A stretch of 64,000 bases of DNA. It comes from a virus (lineage: Duplodnaviria; Caudoviricetes). How positions within the stretch are numbered: position 1 is the first letter of the stretch; each line of letters starts with the position of its first letter. Below, piece by piece: positions 37,594 through 49,834 of the stretch. The notes below the pieces were generated by a model. That model saw only the letters and a list, made by a program, of their open reading frames with translations. It was not told where the DNA came from and searched no databases. Both the position numbers and the translations under genes were made by a program. The DNA is taken from IMG/VR virus record IMGVR_UViG_3300037067_021710; one strand, written 5' to 3'.

Positions 37594-38220
37594 TTAATTT
37601 ATATCAGAAAATAGAGTCGGTAGTTCTTCTTTAAATTCAGCAAGTAGTGGCTTCATAACTCTACACATGTCAGGATGAGCGGCCTCAGAAGTTCGTAATT
37701 GTAATAGATGTCTCCACTCACGGACATTTGCTTTCATAACAATTTCAGTCTTTATGTCATTTGGTAAAATTCCTCGAATAGCTTGTGCTGGATATGTAGA
37801 TACTAATGTTAAATATACTTCCTCAATTTTATCCATTAGTTCAACCCATTGAATAACTGCTATAGAGTCTTCTACTGAAGCTGAGAACCAGTAGGGTTCG
37901 ATAAATGTAAGTTCACCACCAAATTTTCCTTTTGAGTAATCACAGTACCGCGTACTTTCTTGTGCAAAAGAAGCAAGTCGATGACGAACAAGTTCATGAG
38001 TAAACCCACGATTATGAATAAATTTTACTGTTATATCAGCAAACTCAATCATGGCTTCATGACCACGCTTAATAAGATTTTGAGTAAAAATTATTGCAGA
38101 AAGATCTGTAATTTTATCTTCAGATTTATAACATGTTCTTCCAGCACTTTCAATTTGTGTTAATAAAGCTTTTTCAGTTATGTCTGTTAAAATTTCATAT
38201 GAAGGTTTTATAACTCGCAT
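37594..38220 (-). CDS. thyX: FAD-dependent thymidylate synthase
   Basis: HELVRHRLASFAQESTRY signature. Confidence 0.95.
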   Translation of the reverse strand: MRVIKPSYEILTDITEKALLTQIESAGRTCYKSEDKITDLSAIIFTQNLIKRGHEAMIEFADITVKFIHNRGFTHELVRHRLASFAQESTRYCDYSKGKFGGELTFIEPYWFSASVEDSIAVIQWVELMDKIEEVYLTLVSTYPAQAIRGILPNDIKTEIVMKANVREWRHLLQLRTSEAAHPDMCRVMKPLLAEFKEELPTLFSDIN

Positions 38221-38778
38221 AATAAACTCCTATTAGTCTTTTAATAAATGAGTATCAACTATAACACAATCATAATGCTTACAATTAAAACAATCATCAT
38301 CGCAAACTTTAAGTAAAGCATGTATGCATACTCTGTTTTTACAAACAGTTGCACTATACTTATTTTCTTCAGTAAGTTCAATACCACAGAATTTGCATTT
38401 TGAAGTTTCCATATTAGTTAACCGATTTAATTTTTTCTTCCTTTATAAATTTTTCATTTATAGTTATTAGACCATTTTTATCAAGAGTAACTCCATCTTG
38501 AATTTCACCTCTAAAGCTATCTAATAAATAATAAACTACCCTACGCTTATTTGTTTGATCCAATATTTTTTGATTTCCTTTCATATTGAAGTCACCGTAA
38601 TACCTCCTCTAAATTAGTAACTATATTATCTATTTCTTCTTTAGTATACTTCATTAGATTTTAATATAGCATATACATAAATGTAAATACTTACAAAAGA
38701 AATAACATATTTCGTCTGAAAATAAAATCCCAATAGCAATAGCAGAACCATAAAATAAAAAATTTTTCAACATAATTC

Positions 38779-40131
38779 TTACTCCATTGTCATAAAGTTT
38801 TTAACTCGTTCGCTTTTATAAATCCACGGATTATACCATAGCTCAGTTTTTCCTATTAATGAATGAACCATCTTTTCCCAAACAATAGCCATATATAAAA
38901 TTTCAACATCTTCTTTTGGCCAACCATAAACCCATTCATCATCAATAGTAATAGTAGCTATCTTTTGGCCATTGTGATTTACATTAACTTGTTTTAAACT
39001 CATAATATTTTAGTGAATTGACTTATAATAATTTTCACATTTTGGTTGAATACAACCAAGTTTTTTCAAACCAAACCAAGAAGTTTTAATACTTGAATGG
39101 CATTTATCACATCGATAAAATTCACCATCTTGAATTATTACAGTTAATGGTGGTTTAGGTGGCAATGGTAGCGGTTTCTTTGTCATAGTTTAATCTTCTT
39201 TTTTATAGGATATTTTCGTGTTTCAAATTTAAATTCACATAAATCTTTAATTTCTTTAGTGTTTATTCGAATATTGTTCTCTTAGATTTTTTTTCAAAAG
39301 TTAAACAAATAGAAAGCTGCCAAAAAGATATAGCTATAAGTAAACTATAAATAATATCATACTTATGAAATGCTATACCAAGAAAAGTATTACTATAATG
39401 TAACCAAATAGTAAGTATTCCCAATTTTAATAATCTTTTTCCAGATTTAAAATTACTCATACACACTCCTTACAATAAGAAATACCTTTACCTACATTTT
39501 TTAATTCAGTAAGAGGAACAAGTTTACCACACTTAGAACAAATACCAGTATATTCTTCTAACTTAGGTCTTTCTTGTCCTTGTCTCCATAAAGAGCAATT
39601 CAAACCTTCTTCATCAGAAAAAGATTTCTTTTTACCATAATCTCCATTAGGATGGAAACAATGATAGATACCTATAAAAGTACAATTATTACAATGCTTT
39701 ATTTGTTCCATCTAGTTAATTCTTCTACTTAATGTAGAACCCAATTCTCGTAATTTAATGAATATATGATCAGTAAGAATATTATTACAAGTTTTACATA
39801 ACATCAATTCTTGTTTATTAACTTTAAGCTCATAATATCCCATATCATCAATAAGATCTTTTCCGCAACCATCACAAGTATATGTTATTATTCTTGCCAT
39901 TTATAACTCCTAATCACAAAAACTTCTATGGCAATAAGGGCAACCAGTTATAAGCTCTTTATCCAGGAGCTCTTGACATTGTATAAGAATATCTTTTTTG
40001 CAATTATAACAATACCCATCTGGCGGCATAAAGAAAGGCAAATTCTTTGTTTTACAATAATCTACTTGTTTTTGAATTAGTTCTTTACGGTCCATTTTAA
40101 TTACTCCTTTGATATAATAATACAAAAACAA
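38779..40131 (-). CDS. Small hypothetical genes, several Cys-rich (38779-39003, 39263-39466, 39457-39711, 39712-39900, 39910-40095)
   Basis: CxxC pairs; operon packing. Confidence 0.6.
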
Positions 40132-40145
40132 CCTGAAAAAATAAC
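40120..40145 (-). promoter_or_regulatory. Bipartite promoter motif GTTAT-N15-TTGTAT
   Basis: Exact spacing shared with 51128, 55814 and 60450. Confidence 0.65.
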
Positions 40146-40153
40146 ATCTTTTT

Positions 40154-40161
40154 TACTAATA
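40154..40161 (+). promoter_or_regulatory. Late promoter-like box TACTAATA
   Basis: 15 nt upstream of the ATG at 40177. Confidence 0.7.
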
Positions 40162-40176
40162 TATAAAGGTAATTAT

Positions 40177-41025
40177 ATGGGTGGGTTTATAAACAGTTCA
40201 GGAATACAGCTTTTAGACGAATTTGGAAATCCATATGGTCTAAAACAAGTTGATGGAAAAATTAGAGTGTCAGCTATGCCATATCTATATGATATTGCTG
40301 AAGGCAATGTAGCAAACCACACTCCATGGGCTAAAATTGGCTATAGTGTATCTACAACTGGTCAAACTACAATGTGGAATCCCGGCACTGAATATGTATG
40401 GCCTACTATTGGACAACAATTAGATGTAGTAAGTACAGATAATACAAATGATATTGCTGGAGGTGCTGGAGCTTTAACTGTCCGTATCGGATATCTTACA
40501 ATTGCAGGGCTTGAGAAAACTGAAGTAGTAACGTTAACAGGGACTACTGTTGCTCATACAGTAGCTACAGATATTTATCGAATAAATTCATTTAGAGTAG
40601 CTTCAACAGGAGCAAGTGGAAAAGCTGCTGGAACAATATCATTACAACGAATATCTCCAAATGGAGCAACTAAATTTGCTCAAATAGCTCTTGGGTACAC
40701 TAGAGCACGGGGATGTTTTTATACAGTACCAGCAGGAAAAAATTTATACATATCATCTATAGCATTTTCGGCAGGATATACTACTGCAGGTAAATATGTT
40801 AGATTTACTACTCAGGCCACATATGATAATATTACATTAACAGCGCTAACACCTGGAGTATTTTTTATGGCATATAATGAAGTAGTCTTGATTGATGGTG
40901 CATACACTAGAGCATTAGAAATACCAACAAAATTGCCTGCAGGAACTGACCTTAAAGTTTCTGTTATTGGTGAAGCTAGTATTTTTTGTACTTGTTCATT
41001 ACGAGGCTGGTTAGAAACAGCTTAA
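40177..41025 (+). CDS. Isolated late gene, probable virion structural (beta-rich) protein
   Basis: G/T/A-rich composition; own late box; opposite strand to neighbours. Confidence 0.55.
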   Translation: MGGFINSSGIQLLDEFGNPYGLKQVDGKIRVSAMPYLYDIAEGNVANHTPWAKIGYSVSTTGQTTMWNPGTEYVWPTIGQQLDVVSTDNTNDIAGGAGALTVRIGYLTIAGLEKTEVVTLTGTTVAHTVATDIYRINSFRVASTGASGKAAGTISLQRISPNGATKFAQIALGYTRARGCFYTVPAGKNLYISSIAFSAGYTTAGKYVRFTTQATYDNITLTALTPGVFFMAYNEVVLIDGAYTRALEIPTKLPAGTDLKVSVIGEASIFCTCSLRGWLETA

Positions 41026-41522
41026 CTTGCTTTCTTTAATATACAAAGAATTCCGTTATCGCCTTCTACATAATACTTAGGTAATTTTTCTATAGCAACT
41101 AATTTATATTCTAAACTATGAAGAGAAGCTATTAATTTCTTAAAAGAATTATTAGAAGTTCGAGCATGAAATACAACCCATTGTGGTAACTCAGACAGAG
41201 CAGTAAGCATTGAAACAGTTCCACCATTTACTAAAGAAACGATGTCTTCAATATACCACCTATCTTCACTGATACTAAACTTATCAAAATCAGCTTCAGT
41301 AAAGTCTTCATATGGGGTTAATAATTCTTTTTGAATACCTAAGTCTTTATTACAATATTTATTTAATATCATAAAAGCTTTACATTTGTTTCCCTCATAT
41401 ATAGAGCACACTTTTGTATCGTTTTTAAAACAATCACAAAAATCTGTATAGGTCATTTGAAAATCACAAATTTTTTCAAGTTGATATAAGCTCTTTATTT
41501 GAGTTCTTCGCCTACTAGTCAT
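41022..41522 (-). CDS. GNAT/RimI-like acetyltransferase
   Basis: WYIEDIV, FHARTSN, LPKYYVEGDNGILC pattern. Confidence 0.5.
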   Translation of the reverse strand: MTSRRRTQIKSLYQLEKICDFQMTYTDFCDCFKNDTKVCSIYEGNKCKAFMILNKYCNKDLGIQKELLTPYEDFTEADFDKFSISEDRWYIEDIVSLVNGGTVSMLTALSELPQWVVFHARTSNNSFKKLIASLHSLEYKLVAIEKLPKYYVEGDNGILCILKKAS

Positions 41523-41523
41523 G

Positions 41524-43274
41524 CTATTTCGTTTTCTTTAATGAATTTAGATAATCAGAATTAAGGTGTCTATAATTAATCAACTCATTTGGAATTGAGA
41601 AAAATTTATTATCTTTTTTAACACTAACTGAAGTTTCATAATCTAAACTAGAAAAATCCCAAGTTTCGTCATATTCTTCTAAAAGCTTTGCCATTTTATA
41701 TTGCCACTTATCAGGCATTTTATGCATTAAACTACGAGGAATTGTTAGCCAACTAGCTCGAGTAAATCCAAACCAGAGCCAAAGCCTTTGATATCCTTTA
41801 TCATGCTTACTATGCCATCGAAGTCGAAGAAAATGATACAACTTTATAAGTCCTATAAAGAAACTTACTACTAAAATTCCAAACACAAGACTTTCAAGTG
41901 CTATCATTTAATTGCCTCAACAGGAATTATTTCTGAGCCATCTTTTAGTATAATTTTCTTTAATAAACATTTCTTTGAAAAATATCCTTTATTCCAAACC
42001 TTCATATTTAATTCTACTTCTGACCCCAAAACACAAAACCCAAACCCCTCTTCAAAATCAGTAGATAGGCAAGGGCATCTATCACATAAAGTTTTTTTAT
42101 TTTTAAAACCAAATAATTGTAGTAGTCTCTTCCATTTCATTAAGTATTCAACCATCGATAAAAAGTCCATATTAAAAATACTACAATACAGAATATAAGA
42201 AAACTTATTCCTAAAATACTGTATAATACAATTGTTAATATCATTTTTTAACCTTTATAATTAACTATTTAAAGATTTAACAAAATTCTCTGAGCTTACC
42301 AGTAATAAACAAATTCCACATATAAATCCAGCACAACTTAAAATTAAAGAAGGCCAATAAACCCAGTCATTACTAATATGTATTATATAAGCTGAAAGAA
42401 ATGGAGTTCCTACTGTTAACATAAATCCAAGTAAAGCCAAAACTCCCCATAATATTATTTTATTTTTCATTATCATATTCCTTTATAATAGAATGATCAG
42501 TGATTATTTCACCACATTCAACACAACTTACTTCTGCTGTCCTACGAATAGAAATAATATGATTTGTATCCCTACCACATCTTAAACAATATCTCATCTG
42601 CTCATATAAAGACATGTTTTTGCTCCTCTGTACTTAAATGACGGCTAAGACATTTAGGGCAATGATTAAATTTTTGTAAAGAAGTCCAATGATGACCACA
42701 TTGTTTACAATAATATCTAATATAATTCATATGTTTTTCCTAAACTAAAAATAATATTATAATAATTGCTATTAATAAACCCAACATAAACATACCTATA
42801 TGATTTGCAGGATCTATTTTCATTTACAAGTAAGCCATATCAATAACAAAATAACTATAAGCCAAAACCCTTTATCATATAAAAGCATACTCCATGCTTG
42901 AGTTATTGTTATATTTGAGTTAAAAATTCGTTTAAATGAACTAAAAGGTTTTGATAGTTTCATTTGTTGTCATCAATTTCCTTTAACTTCTTATCTTGAA
43001 GTCTTTCAGCTCGCATACGGTCTAATGATTTTTGACTTAATAACTGAGTCTCTTCAGTGGCATCTGTACCCCATTCAGCTACCCTACCACCACGAAGATA
43101 TTGAAACGATTTTCTAATTGTCATTGCTTTTTCCTTTAATAATATATACAAATCTATTAAAAAATAAATACTAATTTTTAGGGTATTTAGATGTTTCGTC
43201 AATAACTTCTTTTTTAATTTTTTGAAATTTTGGTTTATAATATTTGAAATTATTATCCATGCATTGTAACTCAT
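41524..43274 (-). CDS. Small hypothetical genes (41524-41907, 41904-42170, 42261-42476, 42960-~43124 and shorter ones)
   Basis: ORF track. Confidence 0.5.
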
Positions 43275-43343
43275 GAGGAAATCTCATACAGCCATTATAA
43301 GCAATTCTTAGAAACTTTTCACAATCAGTTTTTCTGCAAATCA

Positions 43344-43934
43344 TTATTCTTCACCTGCTAAACTTTCTCGTAGTTGTTTAAGCCACTTATTACGAGAAGC
43401 TACACGATCAACTTCTTCTTGATATTCAGCTTTATGATAGTCTAGATCTCGCAAAATCTGTTTTAATTCTTTATTAGCCCATTCAGTTCCTGTTGTAGGT
43501 ACAGGCTTTTCAGGAGAATAGCAATCATATTTTATAGAATCTGTAATTTGTTGAATCATAAAATTTTTTAATTTTACATGATCTGCTGAAGGTACATTCC
43601 ATTTTTTTACTTTATCGAGCATTACAAGATATTGATCTTCTAAAAGAACTTTCTTTTTAACAGCTTCTTGATAAGAAGCTAATTTATCTTTAAACTCTTC
43701 TTCAGCTTTTTTATTATAATCTTCAGAAGTTAACTTTTTAAATTCTAGTAACTTTTTAGAAGCTTCTTCAAGTCGTTCAAGATGATATGTAGAAACTGGA
43801 AACTCTTCTGGTATTTCTTGGTCAGAAGAATCATCTCTCATAGTTACACAAGACCCAAAAGCTCTTGCACAACCCATAACAAATTTTTTAAAACTTATAC
43901 CATCTTTAATAGCATATGTATACCCTGTAGGCAT
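43344..43934 (-). CDS. Conserved-looking phage hypothetical protein (MPTGYT...)
   Basis: AAGGAG RBS; helical/coiled coil. Confidence 0.7.
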   Translation of the reverse strand: MPTGYTYAIKDGISFKKFVMGCARAFGSCVTMRDDSSDQEIPEEFPVSTYHLERLEEASKKLLEFKKLTSEDYNKKAEEEFKDKLASYQEAVKKKVLLEDQYLVMLDKVKKWNVPSADHVKLKNFMIQQITDSIKYDCYSPEKPVPTTGTEWANKELKQILRDLDYHKAEYQEEVDRVASRNKWLKQLRESLAGEE

Positions 43935-43945
43935 AATAACTCTCC

Positions 43946-44317
43946 TTATTTAAGAAATAATTTTGAACAAATTTGTGAAGTTATATACCCCTGTAAATAA
44001 GCATAAATTTCTTCACTATCAGGACAAAATCTAAACTCAGCAAATCTAGCAATTTCAAAAACTACATGTAAAGACTCATGAGCAATAAGATCATATGATA
44101 GTCTATTGTGAGGTAGTTCAGTCCTAAAATCAATAATACATTCTTGAAATCGTTCGTCTTTTACTATATGAGTAGTAGCAAAATTAATTAAATCACGTTC
44201 TACTTTTATATTAAAGACTTTCATTGCATAACTTAAAAATCTCTTATCACTTACACAATGTAAAATATGCAATTTGTACCCAAATGGCTCAATATTAATA
44301 ATAAATGTTTTTGACAT
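43946..44317 (-). CDS. Small HExxH protein under a late box
   Basis: IAHESLH...SEEIYAY; TACTAATA at 44339-44346. Confidence 0.6.
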   Translation of the reverse strand: MSKTFIINIEPFGYKLHILHCVSDKRFLSYAMKVFNIKVERDLINFATTHIVKDERFQECIIDFRTELPHNRLSYDLIAHESLHVVFEIARFAEFRFCPDSEEIYAYLQGYITSQICSKLFLK

Positions 44318-44338
44318 TTGGGTACACTATCTCTTAAT

Positions 44339-44346
44339 TATTAGTA
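44339..44346 (-). promoter_or_regulatory. Late promoter-like box TACTAATA
   Basis: Intergenic, upstream of 44317. Confidence 0.55.
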
Positions 44347-44353
44347 TTTTTAA

Positions 44354-44971
44354 TTAAGGGATGATTACAATATCAACTCGACGATTTAGTTGTTTATTAA
44401 CTTCAGAGTCATTTGGCTTAATAGGCCTATATTTAGAATGCCCTATAGCTGATAATCGTTTTGGTTCTATATATTGTTCTAAATATCTAACTACAGACAC
44501 AGCCCGTTGTACTGAAAGCTCCCAATTATCTCTAACCCATGAATTAGCTATAATATTAACATCATCCGTATTGCCTTCTACAAATATTGAATTATTACTA
44601 AATTCAGCTAAATTCTTAGCTAACTTTGAAAGTAGGTCAATAGCCTCTTTACTTAATGTAGCTGACCCAGACTCAAAGCAAATTTTATCATCAATATTAA
44701 GCACAATTCGATTATCATACTGCTTAATGATTATTTTACCAGCTTGAATTTCTTTTTTAAACTTCTCTTCTAAATCTACAAACTGCACTGATAACTTACT
44801 TAACTCGATAATAGTAGTATTCAATTCTTGCTTTAATTGCATTTTTTGAGACTTAAGCCTTTGACATTCAAGCTCTAAAGCAGTCGTATCATTAGTATAC
44901 TTCTCTATTGATACACACCCAATTGAAGCAAGCAAACCAGTAAGCACACAACAAATAAACAGTTTTCTCAT
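44354..44971 (-). CDS. OmpA/MotB-family peptidoglycan-binding lipoprotein
   Basis: Lipobox SIGC; coiled coil; FESGSA, EGNTDD, NWELSVQRA, NRRVDI. Confidence 0.9.
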   Translation of the reverse strand: MRKLFICCVLTGLLASIGCVSIEKYTNDTTALELECQRLKSQKMQLKQELNTTIIELSKLSVQFVDLEEKFKKEIQAGKIIIKQYDNRIVLNIDDKICFESGSATLSKEAIDLLSKLAKNLAEFSNNSIFVEGNTDDVNIIANSWVRDNWELSVQRAVSVVRYLEQYIEPKRLSAIGHSKYRPIKPNDSEVNKQLNRRVDIVIIP

Positions 44972-45261
44972 TTTTTACTCCTTTTACATTCTTTCCAATT
45001 AAATTTTTCTTCATATTCATGTTCATAATAAGCTAAATACTTTTGTAATTTTAAAGCTTCCTTAGCAAAACTTTCTTGACAATTCTCAATGGGATCTTTA
45101 CTTCTAAAGCAATTAGCTTCAAGTTTTTGATATCGTTTATGTGAAGTACAAATTAGTGTAGTTATATAATCATGATCTCTTTTAATCTGCTCTTTATGAG
45201 CTTGTATAAGTGAGCACCCACTAAACAAAGTTATAAAGATAAAAAAGCTTAGTTTTTTCAT
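44968..45261 (-). CDS. Small lipoprotein
   Basis: MKKLSFFIFITLFSGC. Confidence 0.65.
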   Translation of the reverse strand: MKKLSFFIFITLFSGCSLIQAHKEQIKRDHDYITTLICTSHKRYQKLEANCFRSKDPIENCQESFAKEALKLQKYLAYYEHEYEEKFNWKECKRSKK

Positions 45262-46013
45262 TTAACAAATTCCACTAATTTTCCAGCTTGCAGAGTACCA
45301 GGTACAGGAATCATTTCATTATGGTTAAAATCAATTTCCTTTATTTGATAATCTTTTTTACATTTGCTAATAAAGGCATATAAGGTAGAAGGAACAGTAT
45401 CTTTTTTAATCATAAAATGATACCCAGACTTTGTTTGTATTTTATAGTATTCAGCTTTATAATTATTAAGAAAATTGGCCAAATAAGAAATATCAAACTG
45501 CCCTGAAATATCTAAAAGTAACTCTGTAGCAAATAAGTCAATGTCAATATCAATAAAAACTTTTCTAGCTCTTGATTTCTGAATACAATTCATCAAAACC
45601 CTATTTACCCGTTTAATACCTTCAAAATTAGGGTCTTTACCACTCATATATGCAGAAGTAATAAACCCAATTTCTTTATTCATTTCATTTGTAAACATTT
45701 GATATGCTTTAATCATAGAAGAAGGATTAATATTAATATATACTACAAGGCATTTTTCAGGAACATCTTTTCCATTATTAGTCTTTCTATATTGCAAAGA
45801 AGCTCGTAATTTTCTCATAGCATAATAAAGACCTTCTTTGTCTCTTGCTATTTCCCTAGAAAACATTTCCGTTCTACCTAAAGAAAATTCTATTCTTTCT
45901 TCTGCAGTTAAATATTTGTTTCTGGCTGATAATGAGGTAAAATATACTTCATCTTTTTCAAGATCCGGTAGTATTTCTATAAATTTATCAAATTGAGTTT
46001 TATCTACTATCAT
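45258..46013 (-). CDS. Possible archaeo-eukaryotic primase (prim-pol)-like protein
   Basis: VFIDIDID and TKSGYH motifs. Confidence 0.45.
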   Translation of the reverse strand: MIVDKTQFDKFIEILPDLEKDEVYFTSLSARNKYLTAEERIEFSLGRTEMFSREIARDKEGLYYAMRKLRASLQYRKTNNGKDVPEKCLVVYININPSSMIKAYQMFTNEMNKEIGFITSAYMSGKDPNFEGIKRVNRVLMNCIQKSRARKVFIDIDIDLFATELLLDISGQFDISYLANFLNNYKAEYYKIQTKSGYHFMIKKDTVPSTLYAFISKCKKDYQIKEIDFNHNEMIPVPGTLQAGKLVEFVK

Positions 46014-46173
46014 TTTACAGGCCCTGGTATAATATTACCGCATTTAGAACAATAAAGATAAAATGTTTCATACTCTTCAGAGGCCATATTTAAATCAGAT
46101 CTTATTATTTTATTCTTTAAAATTACTGGAACATAATTATGCTTACAAACTAACATTACAACCCTCCAATAGT

Positions 46174-48963
46174 TTATTCAGGCCAAGGATGAAATCCACG
46201 TCTTTTATTTGCAGGAGATCCTAAAGCTGAACCGCCTCCTAGCTTTCTATGAATAGAAGGTTGTAAAGACTGAGTAAGATTTTTTATATCTTGTTCAACT
46301 TTAGCCAATCTGTCTTCTAACTCTTTAATTTTATCAGCTGTTATAATGTCCATAATTACTAATAATTCCAAAGCCTATTCGCAAACTTTATAGTATCTCT
46401 TCTAACTTTATCAGCTTTCTTCCATTGTAATAGTCTATTTACAATTTTACCAGCATATTTAGCTCGTTCCTCACATCCAAAAGCGTTACCCCACTTTTCA
46501 TATAAGCCAACATGATTATGGGTTACATAGCATTTATATAAAGGGCATTTAACTCCAACTTTATTTTTACAAATTCTAATTCCATGCCTATTAAAATTAG
46601 AAAAGATTTCGCATAAAGGACATTCAGCTTCTAAGTTTCTTATTGTAGAATATAAGTAATCAGGAAGTTCATCTTTAGTATTTATTTCAGGATGATCCCT
46701 TAAATACGTCCAGACCTTTAATGTATGATTTACAGCAGTTAGTAAAGATTGTTTTCTCATATTATTTCTCCTTAGTTACTATAACAAAATAATTATCACT
46801 ATTAAACTCATTGGGAACAACTTCATGCTTTACAGTGTACCCAGCTGTAAGAAGAATACGGCTTAATTTAGCGCGATCTTCAAAATCGTTAATAAGAAGT
46901 TTTATAACTGTAGCTTCAATTTTTAATCCATTACTTTTTGTGTTAGCTAAATAATATCCTTCAGCTTCAGTATTATCTAACCATTTAAGAGCTTCTTCAA
47001 CGATAATTTGAGCTGCAGTTCCAGAAAGCCAACTTTGATTTAAATACCGTTTAATCTGTTTTAGATCAGTAAAAAAATTAGAATTCATATCGACTTGAAC
47101 CATAAACTTAACTCCTTATTAATTTAATCTCGGGGTTCTTTTGAATATATATCTTGTAAATGTTTCGGGAAGAACCATTCTAGTTCTTGTTCAATATAAG
47201 GAAGTTTTATATCAATCGAATTTTTAACATAGTCAGTAATTAAAACACTACCGCAAAGTGAACAATAATAAGCATACCCAGTATCATCAATACCAGATAT
47301 TATCAAATTCATTAGTTTTCCACACTTACATAACATTTAAGCCTTCTTATATAGATATTATCATCCTATAGTTTAATGTGCAACTGGGATGATCTGGTAA
47401 CTTACAGAATGCCTTGTAGAAATATATATACAAATCTACACTGAAAAATAATCTATTATTCTGAGATTTGGCACCATTTATAATAGATATATACTACAAT
47501 AAGACCTACAATTACTAAAGTCCCAGCTCCAATTGTCCAATATAATATCCCAATGGGAGAATAAAGCATTAGAGTAGCAGAATTAGAAATTTTAACTATA
47601 CCTTTGCCAACAAAATACGGGGTAAAAATATATCCAAGCACTATTAAAAGGTCATAAAAAATTACTTTAAATAACGTTAATACTCTTATTTCACTTCTCC
47701 TCATTACTATCTCATAAAAGCTTGTACTTGCCGTTCTAACCATTCAACATATTCTTTAGTATAATTACCAAATTTATTTCTAGTCTTCTTTTTAGTTTTT
47801 TCAGTAAACCATTCTTCTAGATTGCTCATGCAATTTGCTCTCCAGTTTTCCATATAAATAATTTTAAGAGCTTTGACACTTTAACTCTTTCTAATTATTA
47901 TAGGATTCTCATGCGTATATCTAATAAACTTAAATGCTCTTTCTAAAGCTTTTTTAAATTGTTCAGCTTCTTGTTTAGTATTAAAAGCTTTTGCTTCTTT
48001 TTGTAAATCTGTGTGAAAATTGCCGTTTCTTCCATACCATTCCACAATAAATACAGAACCGCCTTTAAAAAGTTGATCTTCAAATTTGTTGATATGCCGG
48101 ATAAATAACATGAGATTTCTCCTTTCCTTTGCGTTTTTTATCTTTCTTTATTGTTCTTAATGCTCGCATTTGTTGAATTGAACGAAAAGTAATTTCTTCA
48201 ATATTCTTAGTTTTTACATCGTCAAATCCATGGTACTTACCAAAACCTATAATCATTTCTTTTTCTCCTTTGGCCTTGTTCTAAAACCGTATTTAAGATC
48301 AAATCCTTGTTTAATAATTTTATCTTTATCTTTAAGTTCGATCATTTCATTAGAGTTTATACCAAGTACACCACTTATGTATTGATAGATTTCTTGATAA
48401 GCAGTGTATGAATCTTTAATCTTATAAAAATTTATATGAGACAAATTACTATTTAATATAACAACAGGTTCATTAGAGACTTTTGAAATTTCTCCTGCAA
48501 CAAAAATTGGCACTTTATATGTAGTAAACAGACTCTGATACTTTGAATAGTCTGAATTTAAAAAATTAACTACTCTTTCTTCTTCAGCATGATCCCATGT
48601 ATATTTGCTAGGAACTATGCCTAATAATTTTTGTATATCGCCTTTTTTAAAATTATTTTTATAAAATAGATGTATTACTGGTTTTAAATCACTTGTTTCA
48701 TATACTACTATAGGGTATAATTTTCCACAAAATCCTACAAGTAAATATGATGCACTAAGTAAAACTTCATTGAAAAGGCTTTGTCTTATTCTCCAAGAAT
48801 AATGTCTATTACCAATATCATGGCCTTCATCATAAAATCTATAATTTTTAGGAGTAAGAACTAAAGGTATTTCTTGGGTTTTTCGAATATAGACACATTC
48901 TTTGTCTATACCCATTCCCTGGATAACATCATAGTAATCATGGAAGTTAGATATTATTCTCAT
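46174..48963 (-). CDS. Hypothetical genes (46174-46371, 46359-46760, 46762-47103, 47124-47336, 47456-47743, 47881-48111, 48253-48963)
   Basis: ORF track, operon packing. Confidence 0.6.
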
Positions 48964-49318
48964 AAATATTCCCTATAACTTCAATTTTATAATTATAAAT
49001 ATCTTCTGAGCATAAGTTATAACTACCATTTTCAAATTCAACTACTTCAGGCCGCTCGGGTTCCCAATAATCCCCCTCATAATGAGCACCAATTTTTATA
49101 ATATCTCCCTCATAAATCTCTTTACCCTTACTATCTTGCAGTCCAGTATATTGAGTAATCTCAATATCATTAAAGTTTTCAAGTCTATATTGCCCCAACA
49201 TGTTAAAGACGGTGACTTCGCCTATGATGTGAAATGGGTTTTCATTTGTATGAAAAATCCATTGCTTTTTACTTTTATCCCAAGCCCTAAACTTTAATAC
49301 TCTCATTACTAACTCCAA
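48947..49318 (-). CDS. YopX-family protein
   Basis: KFRAWDK...QYTGLQDSKGKEIYEGDI...EVIGNIYEN. Confidence 0.9.
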   Translation of the reverse strand: MELVMRVLKFRAWDKSKKQWIFHTNENPFHIIGEVTVFNMLGQYRLENFNDIEITQYTGLQDSKGKEIYEGDIIKIGAHYEGDYWEPERPEVVEFENGSYNLCSEDIYNYKIEVIGNIYENNI

Positions 49319-49833
49319 GGGTTAACTTTATATTGCTTTACAATCTTTAAAAAAGCTTCTGCATTACCTTTAGCATCGTCAACAGGGTTATGAGTATGTT
49401 TAGTATCACGAAGATGCTTAAAATTCTTATACATATCTTGAACAATTCCTTTATAAAAACTACCTAAGTTAAATGAACTATGGCCAAATAGGTTTGATCC
49501 TAAAAACCTATGAAAATAATAACAAGTAAACATCCAATCAAAACCATTATTATCTGATAAAAACATGGGGCGACTTTCAAAGTTAACTTGCTGTATCCAT
49601 GTAGCAAAATTTTGCATCGCAATCATAGGGTCTGTATAAACCAACGTTTCTTCACGTGTACAATTAAAAGAATGTAAAGCATCTTCTTTATAATTATCAG
49701 AAATAGGATTTAAATTTGTATAAAAAGTAGAATCAAGTTTTCCTTCTTTATCAATAAGAACAGCCCCCAACTGTACCATAGAGTATTCGCCTGGTATTGG
49801 GCCATCTGCTTCTATATCAACTGAAAACCACAT
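49309..49833 (-). CDS. DEDDh 3'-5' exonuclease
   Basis: VDIEADGP, FDW, HNPVDDA. Confidence 0.85.
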   Translation of the reverse strand: MWFSVDIEADGPIPGEYSMVQLGAVLIDKEGKLDSTFYTNLNPISDNYKEDALHSFNCTREETLVYTDPMIAMQNFATWIQQVNFESRPMFLSDNNGFDWMFTCYYFHRFLGSNLFGHSSFNLGSFYKGIVQDMYKNFKHLRDTKHTHNPVDDAKGNAEAFLKIVKQYKVNPWS

Positions 49834-49834
49834 A

